Positions 56,383-64,000 of a stretch of 64,000 nucleotides of DNA are shown here, one piece after another. The translations under genes and the position numbers were made by a program. Position 1 is the stretch's first letter. Each line of letters opens with the position of its first letter. The stretch lies in NCBI GenBank assembly GCA_949293335.1, contig CASFDA010000010.1, positions 2,567-66,566 of the forward strand. The letters are read 5' to 3'. This DNA comes from an uncultured Spirochaetales bacterium. GTDB taxonomy: Bacteria; Spirochaetota; Spirochaetia; Sphaerochaetales; Sphaerochaetaceae. The notes under the pieces are model-generated. The model searched no databases. It saw only the letters and a program-made list of their open reading frames with translations, and was not told the DNA's origin.

Positions 56383-58353
56383 ATGATGAGCGACGAAAAA
56401 GTCATCAACAATAGTGTTCAGGAAGAGATTGCAAATACAGACAGTCTCATTACAAAGAGGGAGAGTTTTCCAACAAATATAAACGATTGGATTGTATGGA
56501 TAGTAGCTCTTTGTTTTGCAGTTTTTCATCTATATACAGCAGCTACGGGATCATTGTTGGCTCTTTATCAGAGGTCAATACATTTTGCGTTTGCCGGCTT
56601 TCTCGTATTTTGGCTTTGTCCTTCGAAGACATCAAATTCCAAAACGAAAAAGGTCTTAAAGGTTTGGGATGTATTCCTATCTCTCTGTGCTGTCATACCT
56701 GTTCTTTATTTGATATTTAATGAAGAACTGATAATAAATCGATTCTATTACATTGAAGATCTTGAGTGGTACGAGTATCTGTTTTGTGCAATGCTAGTGC
56801 TTGCCATTCTGGAAGGAACGAGAAGAAAGATGGGTAAGGCTTTGCCAATTATCGCTCTTGTGGCAATAGTCTACATGCTCTTCGGCCGGTATCTTCCTGG
56901 TGTGCTTGGAAACGGAGGATTTTCTCTCATTGCCTTCGTTGATACAATATATATGACGACAGAAGGACCGTTTGGCATTGCCCTTGGTGCATCTGCGACT
57001 TATGTTGTACTTTTTGTCATCTTTGGATCTTTCCTGGAGTATTCAGGGGTAGGTGAATATTTTATCCGTGTTGCACGAACGCTTACGAAGAATTCGACAG
57101 GAGGGCCTGCAAAAGCTGCTGTCATTTCATCATGTCTCTTTGGGTCCATTTCAGGAAGTACGATTGCAAATGTCGCGACCACAGGACAAATAACAATCCC
57201 TCTGATGAAGAAAACAGGCTATTCTAGTGTGTTTGCCGGTGCTGTTGAAGCCGTTGCTTCCACAGGAGGACAGATTATGCCTCCAGTAATGGGCGCAGCC
57301 GCATTCGTTATGGCAGAATATACGGGTATTCCTTATGGTCAGATCATTATTGCAGCTATGATCCCCGGTATCTTGTATTATCTTGCTGTTTTCGTGATGG
57401 TCCATTTCGAAGCGAAGAAGCTTGGGCTTCTTCCAGAAAAGAGTGTCGATCCGACATTGACATTCAAATCGCTTATCAAGGATACGTATCTTTTCATACC
57501 TCTTGTAGTCCTTGTTGTTTACCTTATCCTCGGTTATTCTGCGACATTCGCTGTCCTGAGAGCATTGATTGCTATTTTTATTGTTTCTCTTTTCAAAAAG
57601 GAAACTAGGCTCGGCCTGAGAAGAATTCTCAATTGTCTTGTAAGTGGAGCGAAAGAATGTGTCACTGTCGCGCTGGCTTGTGCTTGTGCTGGCATTGTGG
57701 TTGGCATTGTCAACTACACAGGACTCGGGACACGTCTTAGTGCAATGATCGCAACTGTTGCAGGAAACAGCTTGTTCTTGGCTCTTGTCCTCACTGCAGT
57801 TTGCTCCTTGATTCTTGGTATGGGACTTCCGACAACACCAGCATACATTATTGTGGCAACTCTTCTTGTTCCTACTATCAGGAGTTTCGGAGTCTCTGTG
57901 ATGGCTGCACACCTCTTTGCATTCTATTTTGCAAACGTTTCTGCTATCACTCCTCCAGTAGCACTTGCAGCATATACCGCAGCAGGTCTATCAGGTGCAT
58001 CACCAATAAAGACAGGGTACAAAGCGTTCGCACTGGGTATTGCATCTTACATGGTGCCATTCCTATTTGTGTATAATCCTGTTCTCTTGTTTGATTTTGA
58101 CAGTGTTCTCAAGCTCATACAGGCGATTATCACATCTTGTGTCGGTATCATCCTTTTGGGAATAGCTGCAGAAGGTTTCTTCTATCGCAAGGAAAAGATC
58201 TGGGAACGGATACTGCTTTTCATTGCTGCTATTGGTCTGATTGATTCAGGAACACTCACAGACATTGTTGGAATTGTAATTGTACTTATCGTGATTGTAC
58301 CTCAGATCATCCAGGAACTAAAACAGCGCAAGACAGAAGTTCCTGCAGTATAG
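56383..58353 (+). CDS. TAXI-type TRAP transporter fused permease
   Basis: About 656 aa with many TM segments, immediately downstream of the TAXI SBP. This is the architecture of fused 4TM/12TM TRAP permeases. Confidence 0.8.
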   Translation: MMSDEKVINNSVQEEIANTDSLITKRESFPTNINDWIVWIVALCFAVFHLYTAATGSLLALYQRSIHFAFAGFLVFWLCPSKTSNSKTKKVLKVWDVFLSLCAVIPVLYLIFNEELIINRFYYIEDLEWYEYLFCAMLVLAILEGTRRKMGKALPIIALVAIVYMLFGRYLPGVLGNGGFSLIAFVDTIYMTTEGPFGIALGASATYVVLFVIFGSFLEYSGVGEYFIRVARTLTKNSTGGPAKAAVISSCLFGSISGSTIANVATTGQITIPLMKKTGYSSVFAGAVEAVASTGGQIMPPVMGAAAFVMAEYTGIPYGQIIIAAMIPGILYYLAVFVMVHFEAKKLGLLPEKSVDPTLTFKSLIKDTYLFIPLVVLVVYLILGYSATFAVLRALIAIFIVSLFKKETRLGLRRILNCLVSGAKECVTVALACACAGIVVGIVNYTGLGTRLSAMIATVAGNSLFLALVLTAVCSLILGMGLPTTPAYIIVATLLVPTIRSFGVSVMAAHLFAFYFANVSAITPPVALAAYTAAGLSGASPIKTGYKAFALGIASYMVPFLFVYNPVLLFDFDSVLKLIQAIITSCVGIILLGIAAEGFFYRKEKIWERILLFIAAIGLIDSGTLTDIVGIVIVLIVIVPQIIQELKQRKTEVPAV

Positions 58354-58362
58354 GGGGATGGA

Positions 58363-59676
58363 ATGGAAGGTACTCAGATAAAGTCTGTGATGGCAAGACA
58401 GGTTTTCTCTGGAAGGGGAGAACCTGCAATCGAAGCAACAGTCATAACGAATAACGGTGGGAAGGGAACTGTGCAGGTTGTCTCCGGTCTTTCTATCGGC
58501 ACACATGAAATTGCTTTCAAATTCGATGGAAAGAGTGAATGGCGTGGTCGAGGAGTAGGTAACGCCGTCAGAAGCATAACAGAAGAAATAGGACCAGCCA
58601 TCATCGGTATGGATGCAACAAAACAGGCAGAAGTGGATGATGTGATCTTGAATCTTGGAGGAAGCGATGCGAAACAAAGATTAGGAGGAAATGCTGTCGC
58701 TGCAGTTTCTGCGGCAGTCCTCAAAGCTGGAGCTGAATCGCTGGGAATACCGCTTTACAGGCATATCGGAGGAGAAAGGGCTATTACCCTTCCTTGTGCA
58801 TCGTACGGATGTGTCAGTGGTGGAATAAGGTACAGCGAAGGAATCAAGAGTGGAAGTAAACCCACTTATTCTTTCATCGGTTTTGGTTTTTCATCTTTTG
58901 CAGAAGCTTCATACGCTCTCTTTGAAGTCTTCTCAAAATGGGAAACGAAGATGAATTCAAGATATGGCTTGCGATCTCAGGAACCATCTCCATATTATAC
59001 TTGTTCTGGATTTTTCAGCATTCCAAAAGGTGTGATTGAAAGTGATAAGATCCTGTGGGATGAAATGACAGAGACAATCAATTCTTGTGGGTATGAAGGC
59101 CGGATCGGGCTTCAGGCGGATTTGGCTGCTGACTGTTACTTTGATCGGAAAACACAGGTATATCAGGGACTTTTCAATTCAGATCCACGAAACCGTGAAG
59201 AACAGATTGAATTTGTTGCCTCTCTTGTTGAGAAATACCCTTTTGTCATCATAGAGGACCCTCTGATGGAAGATGATTTTGAAGGCTTCAGAATCCTTTC
59301 TGAGAAGACAGGTATACAGATAGTTGGAGATGATCTGTTTACAACAAATATAAACCGTGTAAGAGAGGGGATAAAGCAGAAAGCAGGCAATACAGTCCTG
59401 TTGAAAGTCAATCAGATTGGATCAATATCAGAAGCACTGGAGATGATACAGCTTGCTTATGAGAATGGATATGGTGTCATGCCATGCTCAAGTAGGGGAG
59501 AAGGTATAGATATCTGCGACTACAGTGTTGGAATCAATGCAGGCAGTATCCGAGAATCCTCTTTGGGTACCCCAGGAACTCGTTTCCTGGAGATTGAGAA
59601 GGAATTGGGTTCTCTGGCCAGATATCAAGGAATCAAAGGTCTGAAGGGAAAGAAATTCCAGAAAGGAGAAGTTTGA
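58363..59676 (+). CDS. enolase-like protein A (non-canonical active site; general-base Lys retained)
   Basis: Collinear with enolase: FSGRGEPAIEATV, VSGLSIG, ADLAADCYF, IIEDPLMEDDFEGF, VGDDLFTTN, LLKVNQIGS. However, YSFIG, TCSGFFSIP, CSSRGEGID and SIRESS replace the QEFMI, GDEGGxAP, SHRSGETED and QIKTGS segments. Confidence 0.7.
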   Translation: MEGTQIKSVMARQVFSGRGEPAIEATVITNNGGKGTVQVVSGLSIGTHEIAFKFDGKSEWRGRGVGNAVRSITEEIGPAIIGMDATKQAEVDDVILNLGGSDAKQRLGGNAVAAVSAAVLKAGAESLGIPLYRHIGGERAITLPCASYGCVSGGIRYSEGIKSGSKPTYSFIGFGFSSFAEASYALFEVFSKWETKMNSRYGLRSQEPSPYYTCSGFFSIPKGVIESDKILWDEMTETINSCGYEGRIGLQADLAADCYFDRKTQVYQGLFNSDPRNREEQIEFVASLVEKYPFVIIEDPLMEDDFEGFRILSEKTGIQIVGDDLFTTNINRVREGIKQKAGNTVLLKVNQIGSISEALEMIQLAYENGYGVMPCSSRGEGIDICDYSVGINAGSIRESSLGTPGTRFLEIEKELGSLARYQGIKGLKGKKFQKGEV

Positions 59677-60953
59677 TGAAGCGATCTAGAATTGTCTCCG
59701 TCAGGGCCATTGAGGCATATTCTGACAGGATGACATCTGCCATAAAGGTTTACGTTGAAACAGAAAGCGGAAAAACCGGAAGCTCTTTGATATGTTCGGG
59801 ATTATCGACAGGAAAGTATGAAAAACCGTTTCTGTATGATGCCGATTCTCGTTTTTCCGGAAAAGGATGCAGAAAGGCTGTCGACTTGATCAATGCAGAA
59901 ATCGGAAAACATCTGATTGGCCTGGATGCGGGAAGTCAGCACCTCTGTGATGAAGTTCTGCTCTCTTTTGGTAAGGAACGAGTTGGTGCAAATACTACAG
60001 CGGCCATTTCGACGGCCATACTGTTTGCTGGCGCTGAGTCTCTTGGAATACCTGTTTACAAGCATATAGGTGGAGTGAGGGCTTCAACTCTTCCTGTCCC
60101 ATCTGCATTAGCCGCAAGTGGTTCTGCCCGATACGGGAATTCTGTGCAATGTGGATATAAACCTTCGTATTATTTTGTCTCTTATGGTTATGAAACATAT
60201 TCTGAGGCATCGAAGGCGTTATGGGAAACTTTCATGGCATGGAATGATCTGATGAAAGAAAAACTCAAAATCAAGATGCAACCCATTGCAGGAATGGCGA
60301 TTCCGAAAGGAAAACTTCCCGATGACTTTGCTTTATGGGAACTTCTTGCTGATGCTATAAACATATCTGGAAATAAAGGCAAGGTTGGCCTTTCTGTCGA
60401 TGTTGCAGCGGCATGCTTCTACAATCATGAGAAAAAAGTATATGAGGGACTTTTCTCCGAAGGTTCAAGAACTAGAGAGGAACAGATTGATCTGATTGTC
60501 AGTATGACAAAAGACTATCCTTTTTTGATTGTGGAAGACCCTTTGATGGAAGATGATTTCGAGGGATTTAGTGAAATTACTGCCAGGACTGATATCCAGA
60601 TTACAGCAGATGATCTGACTGCATCTGATAAGAAGAGAGTTGAAACGGCGATTTCAGAGAAAGCAGGGAATGCTATCAAAGTAGTTACATCGCAGATTGG
60701 AACTGTCTCTGAAATAATAGACCTGGCCCTTTTTGCGAAAGAACGTGGCTTTGGCATTGTCACTTCTGGCGAGAGGGGAGAAGGACTTGCTTCATGTGAT
60801 TATGCTGTTGGTCTGAACGCAGGAACGGCAGGAGAGAATGGAATGTGCTATTCGGGGAACAGACTTCTTCAGATCGAGAGCGAACTTGGTAGAAGGGCGC
60901 GTTTTTTCGGGCAATACGGCATAAAAGGTAAACGATTTCAGTTATCTGATTAG
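59676..60953 (+). CDS. enolase-like protein B (non-canonical; catalytic Lys position substituted)
   Basis: CSGLSTG, VDVAAACFY, IVEDPLMEDDFEGF and TADDL are retained. VVTSQIG replaces KVNQIG. TSGERGEGL and GTAGENG replace the SHRSGETED and QIKTGS segments. The ATG shares one base with the stop of protein A. Confidence 0.7.
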   Translation: MKRSRIVSVRAIEAYSDRMTSAIKVYVETESGKTGSSLICSGLSTGKYEKPFLYDADSRFSGKGCRKAVDLINAEIGKHLIGLDAGSQHLCDEVLLSFGKERVGANTTAAISTAILFAGAESLGIPVYKHIGGVRASTLPVPSALAASGSARYGNSVQCGYKPSYYFVSYGYETYSEASKALWETFMAWNDLMKEKLKIKMQPIAGMAIPKGKLPDDFALWELLADAINISGNKGKVGLSVDVAAACFYNHEKKVYEGLFSEGSRTREEQIDLIVSMTKDYPFLIVEDPLMEDDFEGFSEITARTDIQITADDLTASDKKRVETAISEKAGNAIKVVTSQIGTVSEIIDLALFAKERGFGIVTSGERGEGLASCDYAVGLNAGTAGENGMCYSGNRLLQIESELGRRARFFGQYGIKGKRFQLSD

Positions 60954-60958
60954 AAGGG

Positions 60959-62464
60959 ATGATGATGAGGGTATTAAATAAAAACTCACTGCTTTCTCAT
61001 GGTAACAGAGAGGGACGGAAGATTGCTCTTGATATACTGGAAAAGGGACTAGCTGCAGCAGATCCTTATGACAATACATTGAAGATACTTCGTCGTGATG
61101 GAAATATTATTTCACTTGGCAATGACGAATTTGTCCCTAAAGGATCACCTCGCACTGGCATTGATGAATATATCATTGGCAAGGACATAGATAGAATATT
61201 CGTTTTTGGTGCGGGAAAAGGCATTCAGAGAATTGCAAAAGCCATAGAGGATGTACTTGGAGATGCCATTGCTGGTGGTCTGATCATTGTGAAGGACCAT
61301 GACGAACATTCTTTGTCACACATGGATGTCTGTTATGCAAGTCATCCTGTTCCAGATGAGAGCTGCTTGACTGCAAGCAAAAGACTTCTGGAAAGCATCA
61401 ATAAAGCAAAACTTACAGACAGGGATCTTGTTTTTGTGATAATTGGCAATGGTGCCTCTTCAATGATGACTTATCCTTGGGATGGAATAAGTCTTGATGC
61501 TGTAGCGGACGTTACTAGGATTCTCCAGATAGAAAAGGGATTGATTACTCCTAAATTGAATATTGTGCGCAATCAGTTGGACAGACTCAAGGGAGGACGG
61601 ATTACCCGATATCTGGCAAAGGCAAAGCTTGTTCATCTTTTCCCGATCGATCTTGATGAACCTAATGCATACAATGCTAGCGGATATTATGGACATCTCC
61701 ATAATAATTTTTGGCTTCATTCTCTTCCTGATATAAGCACTCCTGAAAAGGCAGTAGACATTCTGAAGGCGAGTAACACATGGAATGAGGTTGATGCATC
61801 AATCAGGGATTATCTTCTCAATGCTCCTACGGAAAATGGAGTTCTTTCTCCTGAGGAGTTTGAAACGTTTGACAATAGAATCTTCGGACTCATGCCACAA
61901 AAGTATAATTTCATTTCTGCCGTGATGAATTACTCGCGTGAAATAGGTTACGAGCCTCATTTCCTCATGCGAAGAACTTTTGTTGATGCATCTACAACCG
62001 GTGAATTGATAAGTCGTATTGCTCTTAATGTGGAAAATGAGAAAGAACCTTTTTCCTCTCCATGTCTTTTGCTCCTGACAGGCGAGATGATAGTTGCTGT
62101 AGATGGGAAGAAGGGGATCGGCGGACGGAATCAGGAATTTGCCTTAGGAGCTGCGAAAGTTCTCTCCGGCAGCAAACGTATTGTCAGTGTATCTGTCGAT
62201 ACAGATGGAACCGACGGCCCAGGTGGTGATTTTGATCCTGATGCAACAAGACTTGGGTGCAATTGCCTTTCTGGCGGAATTGTTGATGGGTACACGATTT
62301 ATGAGGGGAATGCAAAAGGCATTGACTTTTGCAGGGCACTAGAGATGCACGATGCATCCAATGTTCTCTGGAATACGGACAATGGAATATGGTCCATGCA
62401 TAATATCAGCATTCAGGATCTGATCTTCATGCTTGTAATGGATCATGACGGAGGTACGCAATGA
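60959..62464 (+). CDS. MOFRL-family kinase (glycerate 2-kinase / TtuD-like; DUF4147 + MOFRL domains)
   Basis: IFVFGAGKGIQRIAKAIE (DUF4147 part) and SVDTDGTDGPGG (MOFRL part). 501 aa. Confidence 0.75.
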   Translation: MMMRVLNKNSLLSHGNREGRKIALDILEKGLAAADPYDNTLKILRRDGNIISLGNDEFVPKGSPRTGIDEYIIGKDIDRIFVFGAGKGIQRIAKAIEDVLGDAIAGGLIIVKDHDEHSLSHMDVCYASHPVPDESCLTASKRLLESINKAKLTDRDLVFVIIGNGASSMMTYPWDGISLDAVADVTRILQIEKGLITPKLNIVRNQLDRLKGGRITRYLAKAKLVHLFPIDLDEPNAYNASGYYGHLHNNFWLHSLPDISTPEKAVDILKASNTWNEVDASIRDYLLNAPTENGVLSPEEFETFDNRIFGLMPQKYNFISAVMNYSREIGYEPHFLMRRTFVDASTTGELISRIALNVENEKEPFSSPCLLLLTGEMIVAVDGKKGIGGRNQEFALGAAKVLSGSKRIVSVSVDTDGTDGPGGDFDPDATRLGCNCLSGGIVDGYTIYEGNAKGIDFCRALEMHDASNVLWNTDNGIWSMHNISIQDLIFMLVMDHDGGTQ

Positions 62465-63609
62465 ATAAAATAGATTTCAGGAAAAGACAATTGGCTCTTG
62501 CTGAAAATCTCAGGAAAGAGAATATAGATGCATATCTAGTTACACGTCAGGGTGGTCTGCATTATCTTTGCGGGGTGTTCATGCCATGGAGGGGTGTTGC
62601 TCTAGTAACGAGGAATGGAGATGCTATTCTGTTTTACTGGTGTGGAGATTCGTCTCGTGTCATTCAGGATGATCCCCACATGGAAGTGATAGAATACGAT
62701 GGCAATGAGCTATTTCCCAAAATTATTTCCCATCTTCGTTCTCTCGGAATAATGTCCGGACGTCTTGGCGTTGATCTGATTCTTGGTGGGAATGCCCAGA
62801 TTGCCCCAGGAATGCTGACGGCATCAGAATATCTGGAATTGTCTGGGTATAAAGAGTATCAGATAGTAAATGCTGTAAAGTGCCTTGACGATCTGCTGTT
62901 AATAAAAGAAGATGCCGAACTCGAGAGACTGAGAAAGGCTGCAGAGATTGCTGACTATGGTTATGAACAAGCACTTTCTTCAATCCATCCTGGAATGACG
63001 GAGAATCAGGTTGCCGGCATATTGGAAAAGGCAACTAGAGATAGAGGTAGTTATTGGGCTTGGTCAGTCACTGCAGGTACCGAGGTTGGTTCTGGGCCGA
63101 GGACAGCATTTTCTCATGGGGTGACACAAATTGCCACGGATAGGCAGTTAAGAGAGAATGAATTTGTGATCCTTGATTTCCATCCCTGCTTTGATTTGTA
63201 TTTGTGCGATTTCAGTGTTCCTGTATTCTTGGGTACTCCTAACGAAGAGCAGCGGATTTTGATAGAATGCTGGGAGGAAGCAGTAAACACCGTATTTTCA
63301 CATATCAGTCCCGGAGTTGTAATCGCAGATGCTGTCGCAGCGGGAATTGAAGTCTATAGAAGATATGGTCTTTACGAATATTGTCTCCCACGATTTGGTC
63401 ATGGTCTTGGAGTTTGTGTCAGGACTCCACCTTCTCTGAATCTTAATAATAGAAATACGTTCCAAAAGGGAATGACATTCGCATTCGGAGCCCATCTTTA
63501 CAAACCTGGAGTCGGTGGTTTGCGACTTGAGTATCCTGTTGCAGTAGGAGAGAAATCTGCAATACAGATAGCATCAACTCCAATGAAAGTGCATTTTGTA
63601 TCTTGCTGA
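62461..63609 (+). CDS. M24-family (creatinase/prolidase fold) protein
   Basis: Creatinase_N-like N-domain plus pita-bread domain blocks FVILDFHPCFDLYLCDFSV, GHGLGV and GGLRLEYPVAV. ATGA overlap with the kinase gene. Confidence 0.7.
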   Translation: MNKIDFRKRQLALAENLRKENIDAYLVTRQGGLHYLCGVFMPWRGVALVTRNGDAILFYWCGDSSRVIQDDPHMEVIEYDGNELFPKIISHLRSLGIMSGRLGVDLILGGNAQIAPGMLTASEYLELSGYKEYQIVNAVKCLDDLLLIKEDAELERLRKAAEIADYGYEQALSSIHPGMTENQVAGILEKATRDRGSYWAWSVTAGTEVGSGPRTAFSHGVTQIATDRQLRENEFVILDFHPCFDLYLCDFSVPVFLGTPNEEQRILIECWEEAVNTVFSHISPGVVIADAVAAGIEVYRRYGLYEYCLPRFGHGLGVCVRTPPSLNLNNRNTFQKGMTFAFGAHLYKPGVGGLRLEYPVAVGEKSAIQIASTPMKVHFVSC

Positions 63610-63745
63610 TGTATGCCAATACGCTTAATCACGGTAGGAGAAGATTCTGACCAATGGATTCTTTATGTCCGACATGTATTGTTCAAATGCAATTGACATT
63701 GATTGCAATTTATGACAAATTACTCTTGCTAGTTTTGGCATAGAT

Positions 63746-63819
63746 GGTGGAAGTAGTTCAGCTGGTAGAGCGCCAGATTGTGGTTCTGGTTGTCGAGGGT
63801 TCGAATCCCTTCTTCCACC
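63746..63819 (+). tRNA. tRNA-His (anticodon GTG)
   Basis: G(-1) GTGGAAG TA GTTC AGCTGGTA GAGC G CCAGA TTGTGGT TCTGG TTGTC GAGGG TTCGAAT CCCTT CTTCCAC C. The extra 5' G paired with the discriminator C is the tRNA-His hallmark. Confidence 0.9.
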
Positions 63820-63826
63820 CTTTTAG

Positions 63827-63858
63827 GTGATTCCATTTCTTGGAGTCACTTTTTTTTT
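63827..63858 (+). terminator. Rho-independent terminator after tRNA-His
   Basis: GTGATTCCA / TTTCT / TGGAGTCAC (9-bp stem with one G-U pair), followed by T9. Confidence 0.7.
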
Positions 63859-64000
63859 CAATGCAATCGATATGGATGAAGAGCATGCATTTACTGTCAA
63901 AGGTATGACGACTACTAGAATTGATTAGTAGTAAAAGTATTGTAAAAATCCAGTAATTGCCTGATCCGAACCTTTACTTCTAAAATTAAATTGTTTATTG

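Noticed and set aside
54497-57912. Minus-strand ORFs 54497..55162 (221 aa) and 57151..57912 (253 aa)
   Set aside because: They are antisense to the FAH-family gene and the TRAP permease gene. The Cys/His/Ser/Asn-rich composition is typical of reverse frames of hydrophobic proteins.
58363-60953. Annotating the two enolase-like ORFs simply as eno (phosphopyruvate hydratase)
   Set aside because: Several catalytic segments of canonical enolase are replaced in both proteins, and the general-base Lys appears absent in the second. I therefore kept the neutral label enolase-like and reported it as a finding.
2591-63819. tRNA-Pro and tRNA-His as boundaries of one integrated genomic island
   Set aside because: I saw no integrase and no direct repeat of a tRNA 3' end. 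The interval also contains clear housekeeping genes (hppA, yhhQ) and several compositionally distinct blocks.
1-64000. Searched by eye for CRISPR arrays, rRNA genes, phage structural, integrase or recombinase genes, toxin-antitoxin pairs and recognisable defence-system genes
   Set aside because: I found no regularly spaced direct repeats, no rRNA-like sequence, and no integrase, recombinase, nuclease or methylase ORFs. The window is metabolic and cell-envelope in character.

Overview
64-kb chromosomal window from what looks like a diderm, host- or gut-associated anaerobe. The gene content is reminiscent of Spirochaetota such as Treponema or Sphaerochaeta, but the taxon cannot be proven from the sequence. 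I found no rRNA, CRISPR array, prophage or intact IS. Layout: (i) 1-12.6 kb housekeeping block: partial radical-SAM-like gene, YhhQ queuosine-precursor transporter, GT4 glycosyltransferase, tRNA-Pro(CGG), K+-independent H+-pyrophosphatase HppA, a divergent pair of paralogous predicted outer-membrane beta-barrel proteins, an orphan DUF4143 AAA ATPase and an MMPL/RND exporter. (ii) 12.7-33.3 kb AT-rich glycoconjugate locus: GT28 glycolipid-synthase-like enzyme, Wzx-like flippase, two GT32, GT14, GT4, DUF4422, an ABC importer translationally coupled to a wHTH-LicC-like nucleotidyltransferase, two LicD transferases, an OCD/mu-crystallin-family enzyme, a nucleotidyltransferase-PLP enzyme fusion and RfbB. 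This locus also holds a G8 tract, an internally deleted ATPase pseudogene and transposase-like debris. (iii) 34.0-48.5 kb LacI-headed operon: Opp/Dpp-type ABC importer, acid-sugar dehydratase, two RraA-like proteins, three dehydrogenases, KdgK and an Eda-VOC fusion. (iv) 48.9-63.6 kb GntR-headed operon: two MR-subgroup enolase-superfamily enzymes, a 2-hydroxyacid dehydrogenase, a split UxaA/SuyAB-like dehydratase, an FAH-family hydrolase, a TAXI-TRAP transporter, two tandem enolase paralogues with remodelled active sites, a MOFRL kinase and an M24 homologue, followed by tRNA-His(GUG) and a terminator. The best candidates for undescribed biology are the enolase-like pair plus MOFRL kinase module in operon (iv) and the kinase-less head-group activation modules of the glycan locus. 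All family calls come from motif recognition by eye; no database search was possible.
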